Below are positions 39,924 to 52,829 of a stretch of DNA of 64,000 nt, piece by piece. This DNA is from Octopus vulgaris. Lineage: Eukaryota. The stretch's first letter is position 1; each line of letters starts with the position of its first letter. The stretch spans positions 99,386,001-99,450,000 of the forward strand of contig OX597820.1 in assembly GCA_951406725.2 (NCBI GenBank), written 5' to 3'. The notes under the pieces are model-generated. The model ran no database searches. It saw only the letters and a list, made by a program, of their open reading frames with translations, and had not been told where the DNA came from. Both the position numbers and the translations under genes were made by a program.

Positions 39924-40153
39924 CACAGATGGTTTATTACTCTTCAAATGACCGTAAAACTTCATATGTTCACCCAAGGAACATTTTTTTATAATGAATA
40001 GCTGGCCACTATTCTCACCAAAGCTGTACTTCAATGTGGGACCAGATTCCATGAAAGACACCAAAAAACTTTCAATTCCTTGGATGTCATCTTCAATAGT
40101 TTCCCATTTTCCCTCTTCCTCATTTGCTCTGCTTGCACTGATCTTTTCGGTAT
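39924..40153 (-). CDS. Ceramide kinase-like exon (230 bp)
   Basis: (D)TEKISASRANEEEGKWETIEDDIQGIESFLVSF...GQLFIIKKCSLGEHMKFYGHLKSNKPSV; ttttag acceptor, gtaagt donor; phase 1 to 0. Confidence 0.85.
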
Positions 40154-40184
40154 CTAAAATAATAATTTCAAAAAATGACATTTA

Positions 40185-40700
40185 ATTTTGTTTTTATAAA
40201 TTTTGAATTAAAATCTTCCACCAAACCTTAGTCACAATTTATGTTCCTAACACTGGCTTAATGATAACTAAGTTATTTTACTAAATTGTTTATTATATTT
40301 ACGTTCGTGGCCGTTGCCAGCCTCGCCTGGCCCCCGTGCCGGTGGCACGTAAAAAGCACCATCTGTTCGTGGCCGTTGCCAGCCTCGCCTGGCCCCCGTG
40401 CCAGTGGCACATAAAAAGCACCATCTGATCGTGGCCGTTTGCCAGACTCATCTGGCACGTAAAAAGCACCCACTACACTCATGGAGTGGTTGGCGTTAGG
40501 AAGGGCATCCAGCCGTAGAAACATTGCCAGATCAAACTGGGCCTGGTGCAGCCTTCTGGCTTCCCACACCCCAGTTTGAACCGTCCAACCCATGCTAGCA
40601 TGGAAAGTGGACGCTAAACGATGATGATGATGATGATGATTTAAAATAATTGAAAGAAACACAGAGCATCTCAAAATAAATACAGTAATGAAAGGGTTAA
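40185..40700. mobile_element. piggyBac-like MITE (left end missing) interrupted by an RTE 3' end (~40302-40639)
   Basis: MITE body matches 20260-20419 on both sides of the RTE tail and ends GGG|TTAA. Confidence 0.8.
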
Positions 40701-40930
40701 ACTAAGCTGGGTGCCATCTGATGTATGAGAATCTATCTATAACATTCCTACTGCATCTAATTTCTTCCATCACACCCTGTACTAATTGTCCGTTTTGGTT
40801 TGGTTGCTATGGCTGGATGCCCTTCCTGATGTCAACCACTTTACAGAGTGTACTGGGTGCTTTTTATGAGGCACCAGCATGGATGCTTTTTACATTTTCC
40901 AGTTATATCATATTTCCAAAATCGACTTAC

Positions 40931-40962
40931 CTACATCGATTCCACAACTGGTGTCAGTGTCC
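40931..40962 (-). CDS. Ceramide kinase-like 32-bp mini-exon (R)DTDTSCGIDV(D)
   Basis: Strong acceptor ctttgtttcttttgcag and donor AG/gtaagt; phase 2 to 1 exactly bridges the neighbouring exons. Confidence 0.78.
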
Positions 40963-41184
40963 CTGCAAAAGAAACAAAGTAAACAAAATAATAAAAACAA
41001 GCCTATTTTGAACAAAATATTTCTTATGATTGTAGTTGTTATCATTGTTCTTCTTATTCATTTACCTTTCATCTTTTGAGGTTGATAAAATAAACACCAT
41101 TTAAGCATTGGGGTCAATGTAATACACTCACTCCCCTCTCAAAACTATGCCTGCGACAGAAATTACTATTATTATTATTATTAT

Positions 41185-41646
41185 TGAGTGAGAGAGCAGT
41201 TCATGCCATCAAAGTGACACTGGGGTAAAATATACGAAGCCCAATATACCCATCATGACTACCCGTCTGATAAGGGTACACCAGGCACATGCATCACAAC
41301 CATATGTGTGCGACATGGTGATCTCATATCAAGATAAACAGCACATGACCTTGCAGGTGGAGCCCAGTTAGAATTTTCTTCAGGTTGAGTAGCCCATCCC
41401 GCTCAAAAAGTCCCTGAATAAGGGTTGTTTAAGGATGTTGAAAGAACCACCCATGTTTCCAGAGGTGAATCATTCAAACCCCAAAGAATCCCTCTCAACA
41501 CATGGCTATGATGCTACCCCACTACTTCTGCTCGTGATCAGAGATGCACATATCGTCAGCCATTAAGGGACATGCTCAACTGGTTATGGTCAAACAACGG
41601 ACAAGCAAATCTGTGGTATTGAGCAGAATATTTGCTGTAGCCTATC

Positions 41647-41650
<4 letters not shown>
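41185..41650. mobile_element. Unclassified dispersed repeat flanked by (ATT)n
   Basis: Its right part recurs in reverse at 48350-48740. Confidence 0.6.
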
Positions 41651-41687
<37 letters not shown>

Positions 41688-41690
<3 letters not shown>

Positions 41691-41933
41691 TTTTACCTGT
41701 TTCAGCCATTTGACTGCGGCCATGCTGGAGCACTGCCTTTAGTCGAGCAAGTCGACTCCAGGACTTATTCTTTGTAAGCCTAGTACTTATTCTATCGGTC
41801 TCTTTTGCCGAACCGCTAAGTTACAGGGACGTAAACACACCAGCATCGGTTGTCAAGCGATATTGGGGGGACAAACACAGATGCACAAACATATACACAC
41901 ACATACATATATATATATACACACATATACATA

Positions 41934-41965
<32 letters not shown>

Positions 41966-42077
41966 CACACACATATATATATATATATACGACAGGCTTC
42001 TTTCAATTTCTATCTACCAAATCCACTCACAAGGCTTTGGTCAGCCTGAGGCTATAGTAGAACACACTTGCCCAAGT
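41688..42077 (-). mobile_element. SINE family B copy (head missing)
   Basis: Reverse homology. Confidence 0.85.
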
Positions 42078-42569
42078 CGTATTGATTTATGTGTGCACAG
42101 ATGGGAGAGATATTAGTTGAGATAGGGAAGAAATATTTATGTGTCTTTGAGTATATTAACTAGAATACAGCTGACAACTCTCAATGATTTTGATTCTAAA
42201 TGGTTAAAGACTACATTCTACACATAATTAACTAGGTTACCACACGTTTTATCCTGACCCCCACTATTACTCTGTTACTCTCTAAATTATAGTTGACTTG
42301 ACGAGGTACGCATTATTTTCTAAACTCTTTCTGCCACAGATATGACAAAAGAAACAATGCAAATACGTTGAGTTCCATTATTGATGTAAATATGTTAAGT
42401 AAATGGTTGTATCCTCTATGTTTGAAGCCTATGCAATCATCTGACAAGAACGGTTTCTTTCAAATGATGTAATGTTTTCATTAATCAACAAAAGGAGTCA
42501 CTAGAAATGGCCATAATGAATTGACACCTGTATATCTTTGTTAGTCATTTATACACATGTGCGTGCGCG

Positions 42570-42609
<40 letters not shown>

Positions 42610-42630
42610 AATATACACAAACTCACTCAC

Positions 42631-42700
42631 CGAACTAATCTGTAGGACAGCTTCAACTTCAGAGGTTGTCGTTTTGAAAATAAACAGGCCAACAGCGAAA
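42631..42700 (-). CDS. Ceramide kinase-like exon (70 bp)
   Basis: (F)SLLACLFSKRQPLKLKLSYRLV(R); ttctag acceptor, gtgagt donor; phase 1 to 2. Confidence 0.8.
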
Positions 42701-43119
42701 CTAGAATAGTAAGGGAATTAATAATTAGAAAATGCACAATATGTGTGTTTGTGTATGTATACACACACACACGCACTCACACACATTTATATTTTTATAT
42801 AATCAAGCAGTATATTCCTGGTTATGGCATTAACTAGTTAGACTGTTACCATTAGTTTCACTTTGACTGCTGCACTAAGCAGTATCGATAACCCTTTAGA
42901 CATGCTGGCTAGAATGCATAACCACCTTTATGAAGCTAGTTATACAGCTCTGGTTCACTTTGAGATGCTGAAAAGCAGAACAAAAATGTGTGATGAAAAA
43001 TTATATCTTTCTATCTTTCAAGAAGGAAAGAAGAGTTACTCCCCATGGGATGAAGTCAGCAGTGGCTGAAGAGGATTAGCTGTGCATGTGAACAGGTTTT
43101 CTATTCTTTAGTCCAAAAA

Positions 43120-43620
43120 GGGGGATAACCACATTGCCAGAACAAATTTTCTATCTTGATGGCAACAATCGAATATTTCGCTTTTTGTGTTCAGGACAGT
43201 ACCTAGATCATACGAATTTTTTAGAATGATTCTTTTCTCAGCCAAACAAAGCTTGCAACATCTTCTATTCAAAAATAATCCAGGCTATTCCAGCGTTTTT
43301 CAGTTGGTTTTGCGCAGCAGTCTTTCCTCTTTTGATCACCATATATTACTGGCTAATGTTGTCATTGCACCTCTTTTGGATTTGAAATGAGGACCTATGA
43401 TTATTGAGCCCCCTCCCAGCCATTGCACCAATACATTTCTCTGTGTATCTCTCCATTGTTGTTGTTTGACAACACTGTCTCAACTTTGTGGATCACAGCC
43501 TGGGCACTGAGGCCACATTAGATAGAATCTCTCACACCGAAAGAAGCTTCATAAAATGTCATCATATATCTAGTACATAGATGTTCCAAATGGCATTTGC
43601 AAACTAGCAATCATTAACAA
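43120..43620 (-). mobile_element. Second Penelope-like GIY-YIG endonuclease relic
   Basis: Minus strand RCCKLCLAEKRIIL at ~43220-43262, with recognisable similarity to 8430-8545 at 43420-43530. Confidence 0.65.
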
Positions 43621-44845
43621 CACACTGGAAATGCAGGCTTTCAAAAGTAAAACCTCAAATTACAAAGCACATAAAATAAGCATATATATACCACCACTGA
43701 CCTCAACAATCGTCTCACCAGGTTACACATGCCTGCTGCAACACTTTAACATTCTGTCAAACACCAATGCTGGGGAAGACTTCAAAGCACTCAACACATC
43801 CTGGTTTTCAAATAGTACAGATAACACAAAATGTAGCCTTATAGTAACACAAATAAACTTCCTTTACATTCTAAACAACCCATAACAATGGTCCCCCCAC
43901 CACACACACTGTAACAAGCCAACTATACCAACTCTTCCTCCAGACATCATTTTTTTTGTGTTCTGCACCAAGCTACCACAATCTGTTGGTAGAACGATCT
44001 TTTAGATATTAGACTATCAATCACCATTTCAACATACACATTATTTAACGAAGAAAGCAAAAATGATTCTACAAGCCCCAAAGCAGCATACTGAAATGGA
44101 GTCCACCAAAGAATAGAATCAAGCATTTTAGGCTTCAACAACAGAACAACAATGACCAGTATAGGCAGTGAAATAGATACATGCAACAAAGTAATTATAG
44201 GTACAACAGAAAAATACAAAAAAACAGCCCATAAAGTAATATAAAAAATACAAAAACTAATTAGAAATAGTCAACGTCATAAAAGCATAGTACAAGAATA
44301 CCACAAAGGAAAAAAATTTGACATCATACAGCTAAATGGAAACAATAAAGAAGAAAGAAAGAAATCAGGAAACTGATAAAGATTTATAATCAATGTAGAC
44401 CATTAGATAGAGTAATTAGCAACAATAACAGTTGTAGCAGTAGCAACAACAGAAACAACAATAGTCACACTACATCTTGTGTCACAACTTCAAATAATAT
44501 ACCCACAACAGAAGTTGACTTGCTGGGAATCTTTTTTAACATGGGCCTTATATCTATTGTTCTAATTCTCAGCAAACTACTTCCATAGTCTATCATAATC
44601 CATGGTTACCACCACTAATTCACGCACATATCATCACTACACAAAACAACAATACTTAGCAAACACCATCACCCCTAGCACCACCAATAACACAGTTTAT
44701 GTACAATTTCAGCATCCCTTCAATCAATCACCTCTAATGAACGACTGCTCCCCTCGCATCACAACAGGCTATACACATCACGACTGCCTGACTCATATAC
44801 CATTATCACAAAGAGAACAAGAGTAATTATTTACTTGCTACTTAC

Positions 44846-44992
44846 ACAGATACTTGGCAGAACCCATCCATTTCTTGCTCAAAGAGGACTTGATTAACTC
44901 TCCTGAAAATCCAAAACCTATCATGAGGAACGAATACAGGGATAATTTGCCATCTTGATAAATGCTGTACATGTTACTGGATTGGTGAAATC
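44846..44992 (-). CDS. Ceramide kinase-like exon (147 bp)
   Basis: (G)FHQSSNMYSIYQDGKLSLYSFLMIGFGFSGELIKSSLSKKWMGSAKYL, matching the CERK-family GYGF.GD..K.S...RW.G..RY block; ag/gtaagt boundaries; phase 1 to 1. Confidence 0.92.
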
Positions 44993-45212
44993 CTATTTGG
45001 ACAGAATCAAAAAAGAAAACAAAAATATAGCCTGGAGTTTTCTTTACGATAAAAAAAATCATTCAGATAAATTTTGAAAATATAAATATGCACCATATAT
45101 GTGTATATAGACATCTACCTATCTGTCTACAACCTACCTAATTACAAACCTACTATCCTACTCACATAGCTATTTGTCTGACTATCTATCTGGCCCATCC
45201 TCTCTCTCTCTC

Positions 45213-46510
45213 AGCTTCCGTTACCTAGGTGACCAAGTCAGTAGCAGAGGTGGGTGCGCTGAAAGTGTAGCTGCTAGAATAAGAACAGCTTGGGCAAAGT
45301 TCAGAGAGCTCTTACCTCTGCTGGCGATAAAGGGCCTCTCGCTCAGAGTAAAAGGTAGACTGTATGACGCTTGTATACGAACAGCCATGCTACATGGCAG
45401 TGAAACATGGGCTGTGACTGCTGAGGACATGCATAAGTTTGCGAGGAATGAAGCCAGTATGATCCGATGGAAGTGTAATGTCAGTGTGCATACTTGACAG
45501 AGTGTAGGTACCTTGAAAGAAATGTTGGACCTAAGAAGCATCAGATGTAGTGTGCAAGAGAGACGATTGCGCTGGTATGGTCATGTGGCAAGAATGGACG
45601 ATGACAGCTGTGTGAAAAAGTGCCACACCCTAGCGGTTGAGGGAACCTGTGGAAGAGGTAGACCCAGGAAGACCTGGGATGAAGTGGTGAAGCACGACCT
45701 TCGAACTTTAGGCCTCACCAAGGCAATGACTAGTGACTGAGACCTTTGGAAATATGCCGTGCGTGAAAAGACCAGGCAAGCCAAATGAAACCATAATCTC
45801 ATGGCCTATGCCAGGGGTGTAACCAGCCCACTTATACGTACCTTTTCCTCCTTTGGACGCTAAAACTCTGCTTGCAAAGACCTGTTGTGGCAAGTGAAAT
45901 AAATAAATCAATCAACCAATCAAAAGCAAAATCAAATTTGATGACTGGCGTCCGTGCTAGCAAGGTGCAAAGAGCACCATACGAGTGTGATTATTGACAG
46001 CAGCTAACCGACTTCCATGCCAGTGGCACTTAAAGTGCACCATCCGAGTGTGAAGGGCACCATTCGAGCGTGAAGGGCACCATTCGAACGTGATCGTTAC
46101 CAGCATCGCCTTCTGGCACTTGTGCCTGTGCTAGTAGGGTGTCAAGAGCACTATCCGAGCGTGATTGTTGCCAGAGCAGCCAACTGGCTTCCGTGCCAGT
46201 GGGCACGTAAAAAGGGCACCATTCGAGTGTGATTGTTACCAAAATCGCCTTCTGGCACCTGTGCTGGTGGCATGTATAAAAGGATTCGAGCGAGGTCATC
46301 GCCAGTACCGCCTGACTGGCCCCCGTGCCGGTGGCACGTAAAAGCACCCACTACACTCTCAGAGTAGTTGGCGTTAGGAAGGGCATCCAGCTGTAGAAAC
46401 TCTGCCAAATCAAGACTGGAGCCTGGTGCAGCCATCTGGTTCACCAGCCCTCAGTCAAAATCGTCCAACCCATGCTAGCATGGAAAGCGGACGTTAAACG
46501 ATGATGATGA

Positions 46511-46513
<3 letters not shown>
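45213..46513 (+). mobile_element. 5'-truncated RTE LINE with complete 3'UTR and (GAT)n tail running into (TA)n
   Basis: FRYLG..HGSETW..RRLRWYGHVARM..GRGRPRKTW, followed by a tandem-unit 3'UTR and tail. Confidence 0.92.
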
Positions 46514-46560
<47 letters not shown>

Positions 46561-46851
46561 TGAGATAGAGGTTGTAAATGCAACCCTATGCACTCATATG
46601 TATATGTATATCTCCGAAGAGGCCTTATGATATTTTTGTAAATGTCTCATTTTTATATATATTCTACTTATTATACAACATTACTCTTTTATGTACACTT
46701 TTTTATGTACATTCCTTTATGCACACTGATTTGATCTGCTTTTTTATGTTTAACCCTACAGTCTCTTATGTGGTGGTTTAATAAAGTATGTGATTGAGTA
46801 TTATCTGGTAATTGATATTTGATTTAGATGTATTTCTCCATTTTCTTATCT

Positions 46852-46884
<33 letters not shown>

Positions 46885-47747
46885 GTCTCTCCTTCACTCC
46901 ATCCCCTCTCTCAATATATAATATATACATGTATATTATATATAGATATATGTATAATGTGTGTATGTGCATGTGTATGTGTGAGTGTATGTGTGAGTGT
47001 GTGTGCATGTGTGTGGAGAACATGTAGGTACAGGCAAACAGTTCAGAACAGCACTCAATGCTGAGGGGCAAGAACTGTTGTTGTTTCACATCTGGTTATG
47101 TGGATTCTACATTCCCACTTGCCATCATACAGTGTGATGATTGAAAATGTGAAATTCAAATGACTAGATGTGAAATGCCAGCTACAGTAACCACACACAC
47201 ATGCACACACACATACACACACATGTAGAAAAAAAGAGAAGAGATTGTTTATGAAATATCAAGTTACACCATCTTACATAATCATTCATTAACAAAGGAT
47301 GCTTACTAGTTGTGTAACGTAAATTAGATAATCAAATTACGCTGTCAAATCTTCAGAGATGCCTAACTTTCATTTGTAATTTTATTAGATTAGTGATTGT
47401 GTTGCCATTACTAAATCAGAAAACAACTATATTAAATTAGGTTAATTATTTGGTATTTGGTGGATGAAGCATCACAAAAAAGGAAGAAGATAGAAAGGGA
47501 AGAAGGCAGAAAAATGATTTATGTGTTGCCAGAACACCTCTGAATAGATTAGACATGTTGCTACAGCTATTGGATAAAAAGGAGTGAGTCAATGGATGTA
47601 GGTGAAGATGCATACATACTACTGTGGTAAAAATAAATAGTTTTCATACATTGCTCAAAGAAAATGATATAAAAAATACTAGAAATATGATAGTACTATG
47701 AGTTGGACTGGGAGATACAAGTACCTATGCTAATACAAATAGATAAC

Positions 47748-48145
47748 GCTCTTTACTCCTTTTACTTGTTTCAGTCATTTGACTGTGGCCATGCTGGAGC
47801 ACTGCCTTTAGTCGAGCAAATCGACCCCGGGACTTATTCTTTGTAAGCCCAGTATTGGTTTCTTTTGCCAAACCGCTAGGTGACGGGGATGTAAACACAC
47901 CAGCATTGGTTGTCAAGCAATGCTAGGGGGACAAACACAGCAACACAAACACACACACACATATATATATACATATATATACGACAGGCTTCTTTCAGTT
48001 TCTGTTTACCAAATCCACTCACAAGGCATTGGTTGGCCTGGGGCTATAGCAGAAGACAGTTGCCCAAGATGCCACACAGTGGGACTGAACCCGGAACCAT
48101 GTAGTTGGTTAGCAAGCTACTTACCACACAGCCACTCCTGTGCCT
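47748..48145 (-). mobile_element. SINE family B copy
   Basis: Reverse homology. Confidence 0.88.
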
Positions 48146-48416
48146 ATGTATAACAAAATTTTAATTATTTTGATTTTTGGTCAGTAAGTGTTATCTCCTA
48201 TTTGGTTCTATCTAGAAATCAATGGAAATTACTACTATTCCATTCAAAGTTTGTTTTTGTGACCTAGACATCAATGTTTTGGAACTGATCTATTTTCCAT
48301 TACATTTCAGACAGATTCAGCACAGAGTAGCTGAAGCAGAAATATTGTTATAGCAAATATTCTGCTCAATGCCACAGATTTGCTTGTCAGTTGCTCAACC
48401 TTAACCGCTTGAGCGT

Positions 48417-48666
48417 TGTGGTGTATGCGAAATAAAGGCACCTATCTTCTCTTCGCTCAGATGGAGACCCTTCAGCGGTAATGGATCCTTCAACACAGCC
48501 CAACCCGAACGCTAGAAATAGCAGCTGCTTCTCCCAACCTTAACAACGCGCTGACGCCGTCTTACCCCCTTGCGACCTGCCTTGAAAAGGAGAATCCTGT
48601 CCTGCCTGCACACGCGTCACTGCTGCCCCTTCCGATCAGCTCCCCAGCTGCTGATGTCATCCCACA
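48417..48666. mobile_element. Probable solo LTR (250 bp)
   Basis: TGTGG...CCACA termini, flanked by AGCGT / AGTGT (5-bp TSD with one transition); splits a copy of the 41185-41650 repeat. Confidence 0.7.
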
Positions 48667-48907
48667 AGTGTGTCCCTTAGAGGCTGGCAATATATGCAGC
48701 TCTGATCATGAGAAGTAGTGGGGGAGCATCATAGGAATTCTTTGGAGCTTGAATAAGTGTTTTAAAAACAAAGTTTGAAGGAAATATTGGCCATTTGTCA
48801 TACTTTCTAAGGGTAAGCAAATGGGAAATAACAGTTGCTACCCAAGGACAGCAATTGTGTTATGCAGTGTAATTTACTTCAAATATGTGTTCGTAATAGT
48901 TGTGATA

Positions 48908-49065
48908 TAGTGGCTGTGTGGTAAGTAGCTTGCTTACAAACCACATGGTTCCGGGTTCAGCCCCACTGCGTGGCATCTTGGGCAAGTGTCTTCTGCTATA
49001 GCCCCGGGCCGACCAATGCCTTGTGAGTGGATTTGGTAGACGGAAACTGAAAGAAGCCTGTCGTA

Positions 49066-49112
<47 letters not shown>

Positions 49113-49320
49113 ATATGTTTGTGTGTCTGTGTTTGTCCCCCTAGCATTGCTTGACAACCGATGCTGGTGTGTTTATGTCCCCGTCACTTAGCGGTTCGGC
49201 AAAAGAGTCCGATAGAATAACTACTGGGCTTACAAAGAATAAGTCCCGGGGTCGAGTTGCTTGACTAAAGGCGGTGCTCCAGCATGGCCACAGTCAAATG
49301 ACTGAAACAAGTAAAAGAGA
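48908..49320 (+). mobile_element. SINE family B copy
   Basis: Homology. Confidence 0.88.
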
Positions 49321-50805
49321 GAAAAAGAGAGTAAGAGAGATATACCAGAAATAGCTTTTACTTGTGGCCATGGTGAAAGAATGTATCTGGTGGACGCGTC
49401 TGAAAGGATTAGAGACAAACACTTTCCTCTCTGGTTAATCTCTCATCAACTTCTTTAAGTATCACTTGAAAAGGAAAGTGAGAGCAGAGCGGCAAGTTTT
49501 GTCTAGTAAATGTTTCAAAAAAAGATGGGTGGATGTAGCAAGGATGGCATGTATGAATGACGAAGCCACCTTAAGCATAATTCTATGAACCCGGAAAAAT
49601 TTAAAACAGAGAGTTACTTACTTGCAAATAAATGTGTTAACATGTGACATTATTGACCGAGGTTACCGTGGTCTTTTCCGTAGGCTTTTCTTTCCACGGA
49701 TAAACCTTATCTGTTTCCCCCTTTACACTTTACATCACGACATTTCTGTGATACATGATCCCTATTGATCGTTTCTTTTTCTTTGTTTTCTTTTTTCTTT
49801 CTTTTTTTACGATCCCTTTTGATCGAAAATCTACCCCACCCTTTTTCTTCTCTCCCAAAAGAAAAACTCTACTTTGTAATTTGTCTCCTCTGTGTTCAGC
49901 CCTGTGTGGCTAATAAAGAAACATATCTTTTACTTGTTCCATTCATTGGACTGTGGCCATACTGGGACACCCATGCTACCTTCAAAGGTTTAGTCAAACA
50001 AATCGACCTCCGTACTTATTTGTAACTCAGGTATTTATTCATTCTATTGGTTGCTTTTGCCAAACTGCTGAGTTACAGGGATGTGCACTAACAATGGTTG
50101 CCAAGTAGTGGGGTGGAATAACACAATACTAATACACACTCACACATACTTCCCACTACACAATCTCTCTCTCTCTCTCACACGCACATACACACTGTGA
50201 GGAGAGAAGTATTCAATGTCTTGGACAAAGTCCATCTTCACAGTAAAGACGATAGATGGGAAATAACAGAAAGACAGCAGTGTTTTACATCCTTTACGTC
50301 TGAGAATCTGACTGAGTCTGATGAAGAATATAAGACAACATGGACTTCACATTGTCATCATCACCATCATTTAACAAATCAAGGACAATGCCTAATATGG
50401 AAAATGAAATTAAATGTTCTATAATACGTATAAAGAGGTCTCTTCATAATCTGCAAATGTGTTTCTTCTTCTTCTTCTTCTTCGTCGTCGTTGTCATCGG
50501 CGGCGTCGTTGTTTAACGTCCATTTTTCATGCTGATATGGGTTGGACGGTTTGAGTAAGGTCTGGAAAGCCAGCAGCTACACCAGGCTCCAATCTGATCT
50601 GGCAAGGTTTCTACAGCTGGATGCCCTTCCTAATGCCAACCACTCCGAGAGTGTAGTGGGTGGTTTTTATGTGCCACTGGCAATGAGGCCAGTCAGGTGA
50701 GCCTGGCATTGATCACATTTGGATAGTGCTTTTTATGTATCTGTAGCTCATTAATTTATTACTAATTCATTAATGGATGACAGACAGATGAAACCGAGAA
50801 CTCAC

Positions 50806-50880
50806 CTCGTATGATGTGAAGTGTTGCTGTTATGATATCATCATTGCCGTGTAACATCTTTACCATCATGTTACCAGTAC
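50806..50880 (-). CDS. Ceramide kinase-like exon (75 bp)
   Basis: (G)TGNMMVKMLHGNDDIITATLHIIR(G); LHG....ITATLHII.G closely resembles vertebrate CERKL; ag/gtgagt boundaries; phase 1 to 1. Confidence 0.93.
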
Positions 50881-51423
50881 CTAGAAGAGAATACGTAAAA
50901 ATTATGTGATACCCAGAATGAAATATGGTGGCCTGAAATAATTCAATATTTACATTATGAACGTAACATCATTAACCTTCATGGAGCAACTGTTTCATAC
51001 ATTATAATATTTCATTTAGATGATGAAGCAGGTGAGCTGCAGAATCATTAGAACACTGACAAAATGCTTAGCAGTATTTCGCCCATCTTTATGATCTGAG
51101 TTTAAATTGTGTCAAGGTGGACTTTGCCTTTCATCCCTTTGCCTATCATCGCTGGGGTTGATGCAACTGTCTTACCCCTTCTCTTGAACTAATTGGCCTT
51201 GTGCCAAAATTTGAAATCTATATTTCATTTAGATGATGGAATTGTATTTCACCCAATGAGCACAGACATGGCTGCACGGTTAAGAAGTTGGCATCCTAAT
51301 TGTGTGGTTTCAGGTTCAATTCCATTGTGTGGCGCCTTGGATAAGTTTCTTCTGCAATAGCTCCAAGTTGACAAAAGCCTTATAAGTGAATTTGGTAGGT
51401 GGATGGCAACTGAAAGAAGCTTG

Positions 51424-51465
<42 letters not shown>

Positions 51466-51659
51466 TCATCATCATCATCATCATCATCGTTTAACGTCCG
51501 CTTTCCATGCTAGCAAAGGTTGGATGGTTCAACTGGGGTCTGGGAAGCCCGGAGGCTGCATCAGGCCAGTCAGATCTGGCGGTGTTTCTACAGCTTGATG
51601 CCCTTCCTAACGCTAACCATATACACACAAATATATATATATATACATATATATAAGGG

Positions 51660-52005
51660 TAAGGGTAACAATCCCATCCCTCGGTCATGAATGACCATGG
51701 GATTGCACCTAGAAAGTTCTCCTCTGAGACACAAGTCTGGGCAAGGTTGTTTACGGAAGACCAGCAGTCACCCATGCATGCCACCCTCCCCTCTACTCAC
51801 CACTGATGTTATCCAAGGGAAAGGCAAAGACTGATACAGCTTGGCACCATTGATGTTGCTGCTCATTTCTACAGCTGAGTGAACTGGCGCAACATGAAAT
51901 AAAGTGTCTTGCTCAAGAACATAACACACAGCCTGGTCTGGGAATCAAACTCACTACCTCATGATTGTGAGCCCGACACTCTAACCACTGAGTTATGTGC
52001 CTTCA
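51660..52005 (-). mobile_element. tRNA-derived SINE family D (CORE-like CTTGAGCAAGACACTT)
   Basis: Second copy on the plus strand at ~55900-56225. Confidence 0.75.
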
Positions 52006-52065
52006 TATGATTGATTGATTGATTCCAGTTTCAGCTCATGAGCTGTGGCCATGCTGGGGCACCGC

Positions 52066-52114
<49 letters not shown>

Positions 52115-52115
52115 G

Positions 52116-52569
52116 ATAATAATAAAGGGTAAAATTAATTAATTAATTAATTAATAATTGATAATTTTACAAAGTAGTTCGGTATGTTAAAAGAACCATT
52201 ATCAGTAAACTTATACAAAAATTCTATAATTATGAGTATAATTATAATTAGGGTTCAGCAAAATTTGCTTCACCACATACTGAAATTTAGAAATAGCAGT
52301 TAAACTACTATTCTACTACTCACGCAGTGTAAGTTGTTGAGTATTACTGACTGGGAGATGTCTTATGGTAGTAGAATAGGAGTTTAACTGCTATTTCTAA
52401 ATTTCAGTATGTGGTGAAGCAAAACTTGCTGAACCCTAATTATAATTATACTCATAATTATAGAATTCTTGTATAAGTACTGATAATGGTTCTTTTAACA
52501 TACCGAACTACTTGGTAAAATTATCAATTATTAATTAATTAATTAATTAATTTTACCCTTTATTATTAT
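52116..52569. mobile_element. Large fold-back element (~204-bp arms, 48-nt spacer) next to (TA)n
   Basis: 52116-52319 is the reverse complement of 52368-52569 with few mismatches. Confidence 0.9.
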
Positions 52570-52829
52570 ATATATTCAAATGGTACTTTATTTTATTGAC
52601 CCTGAAAGGAAGAAAGACAAAACAGTGGTGTTTGAACTCAGAACATAAAGTCAGAAGAAATGCAGTTAAATATCTTTCCTGGTGCAGTAACGATTCTGCC
52701 AGCTTGCTGCCTTAAGGTGAAGATATGTACCGATTTCAAATTTTGGCACAAGGCCAGCAATTTTGGAGGATGGGATAAGTCGATTACATTTGATCCTAGA
52801 GTTCAACCTAGTACTTACTTTATTGATCA

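Noticed and set aside
43947-44219. Additional CERKL-like exon (ORF on minus strand with ttcag acceptor at ~44091)
   Set aside because: In the required phase it hits a stop within ~15 codons; the exon at 42631-42700 fits phase and homology.
46557-46790. TA-flanked segment with CCGAAGAGGCC as a ribozyme half-core
   Set aside because: No downstream GAAA/stem III found; at most a fragment.
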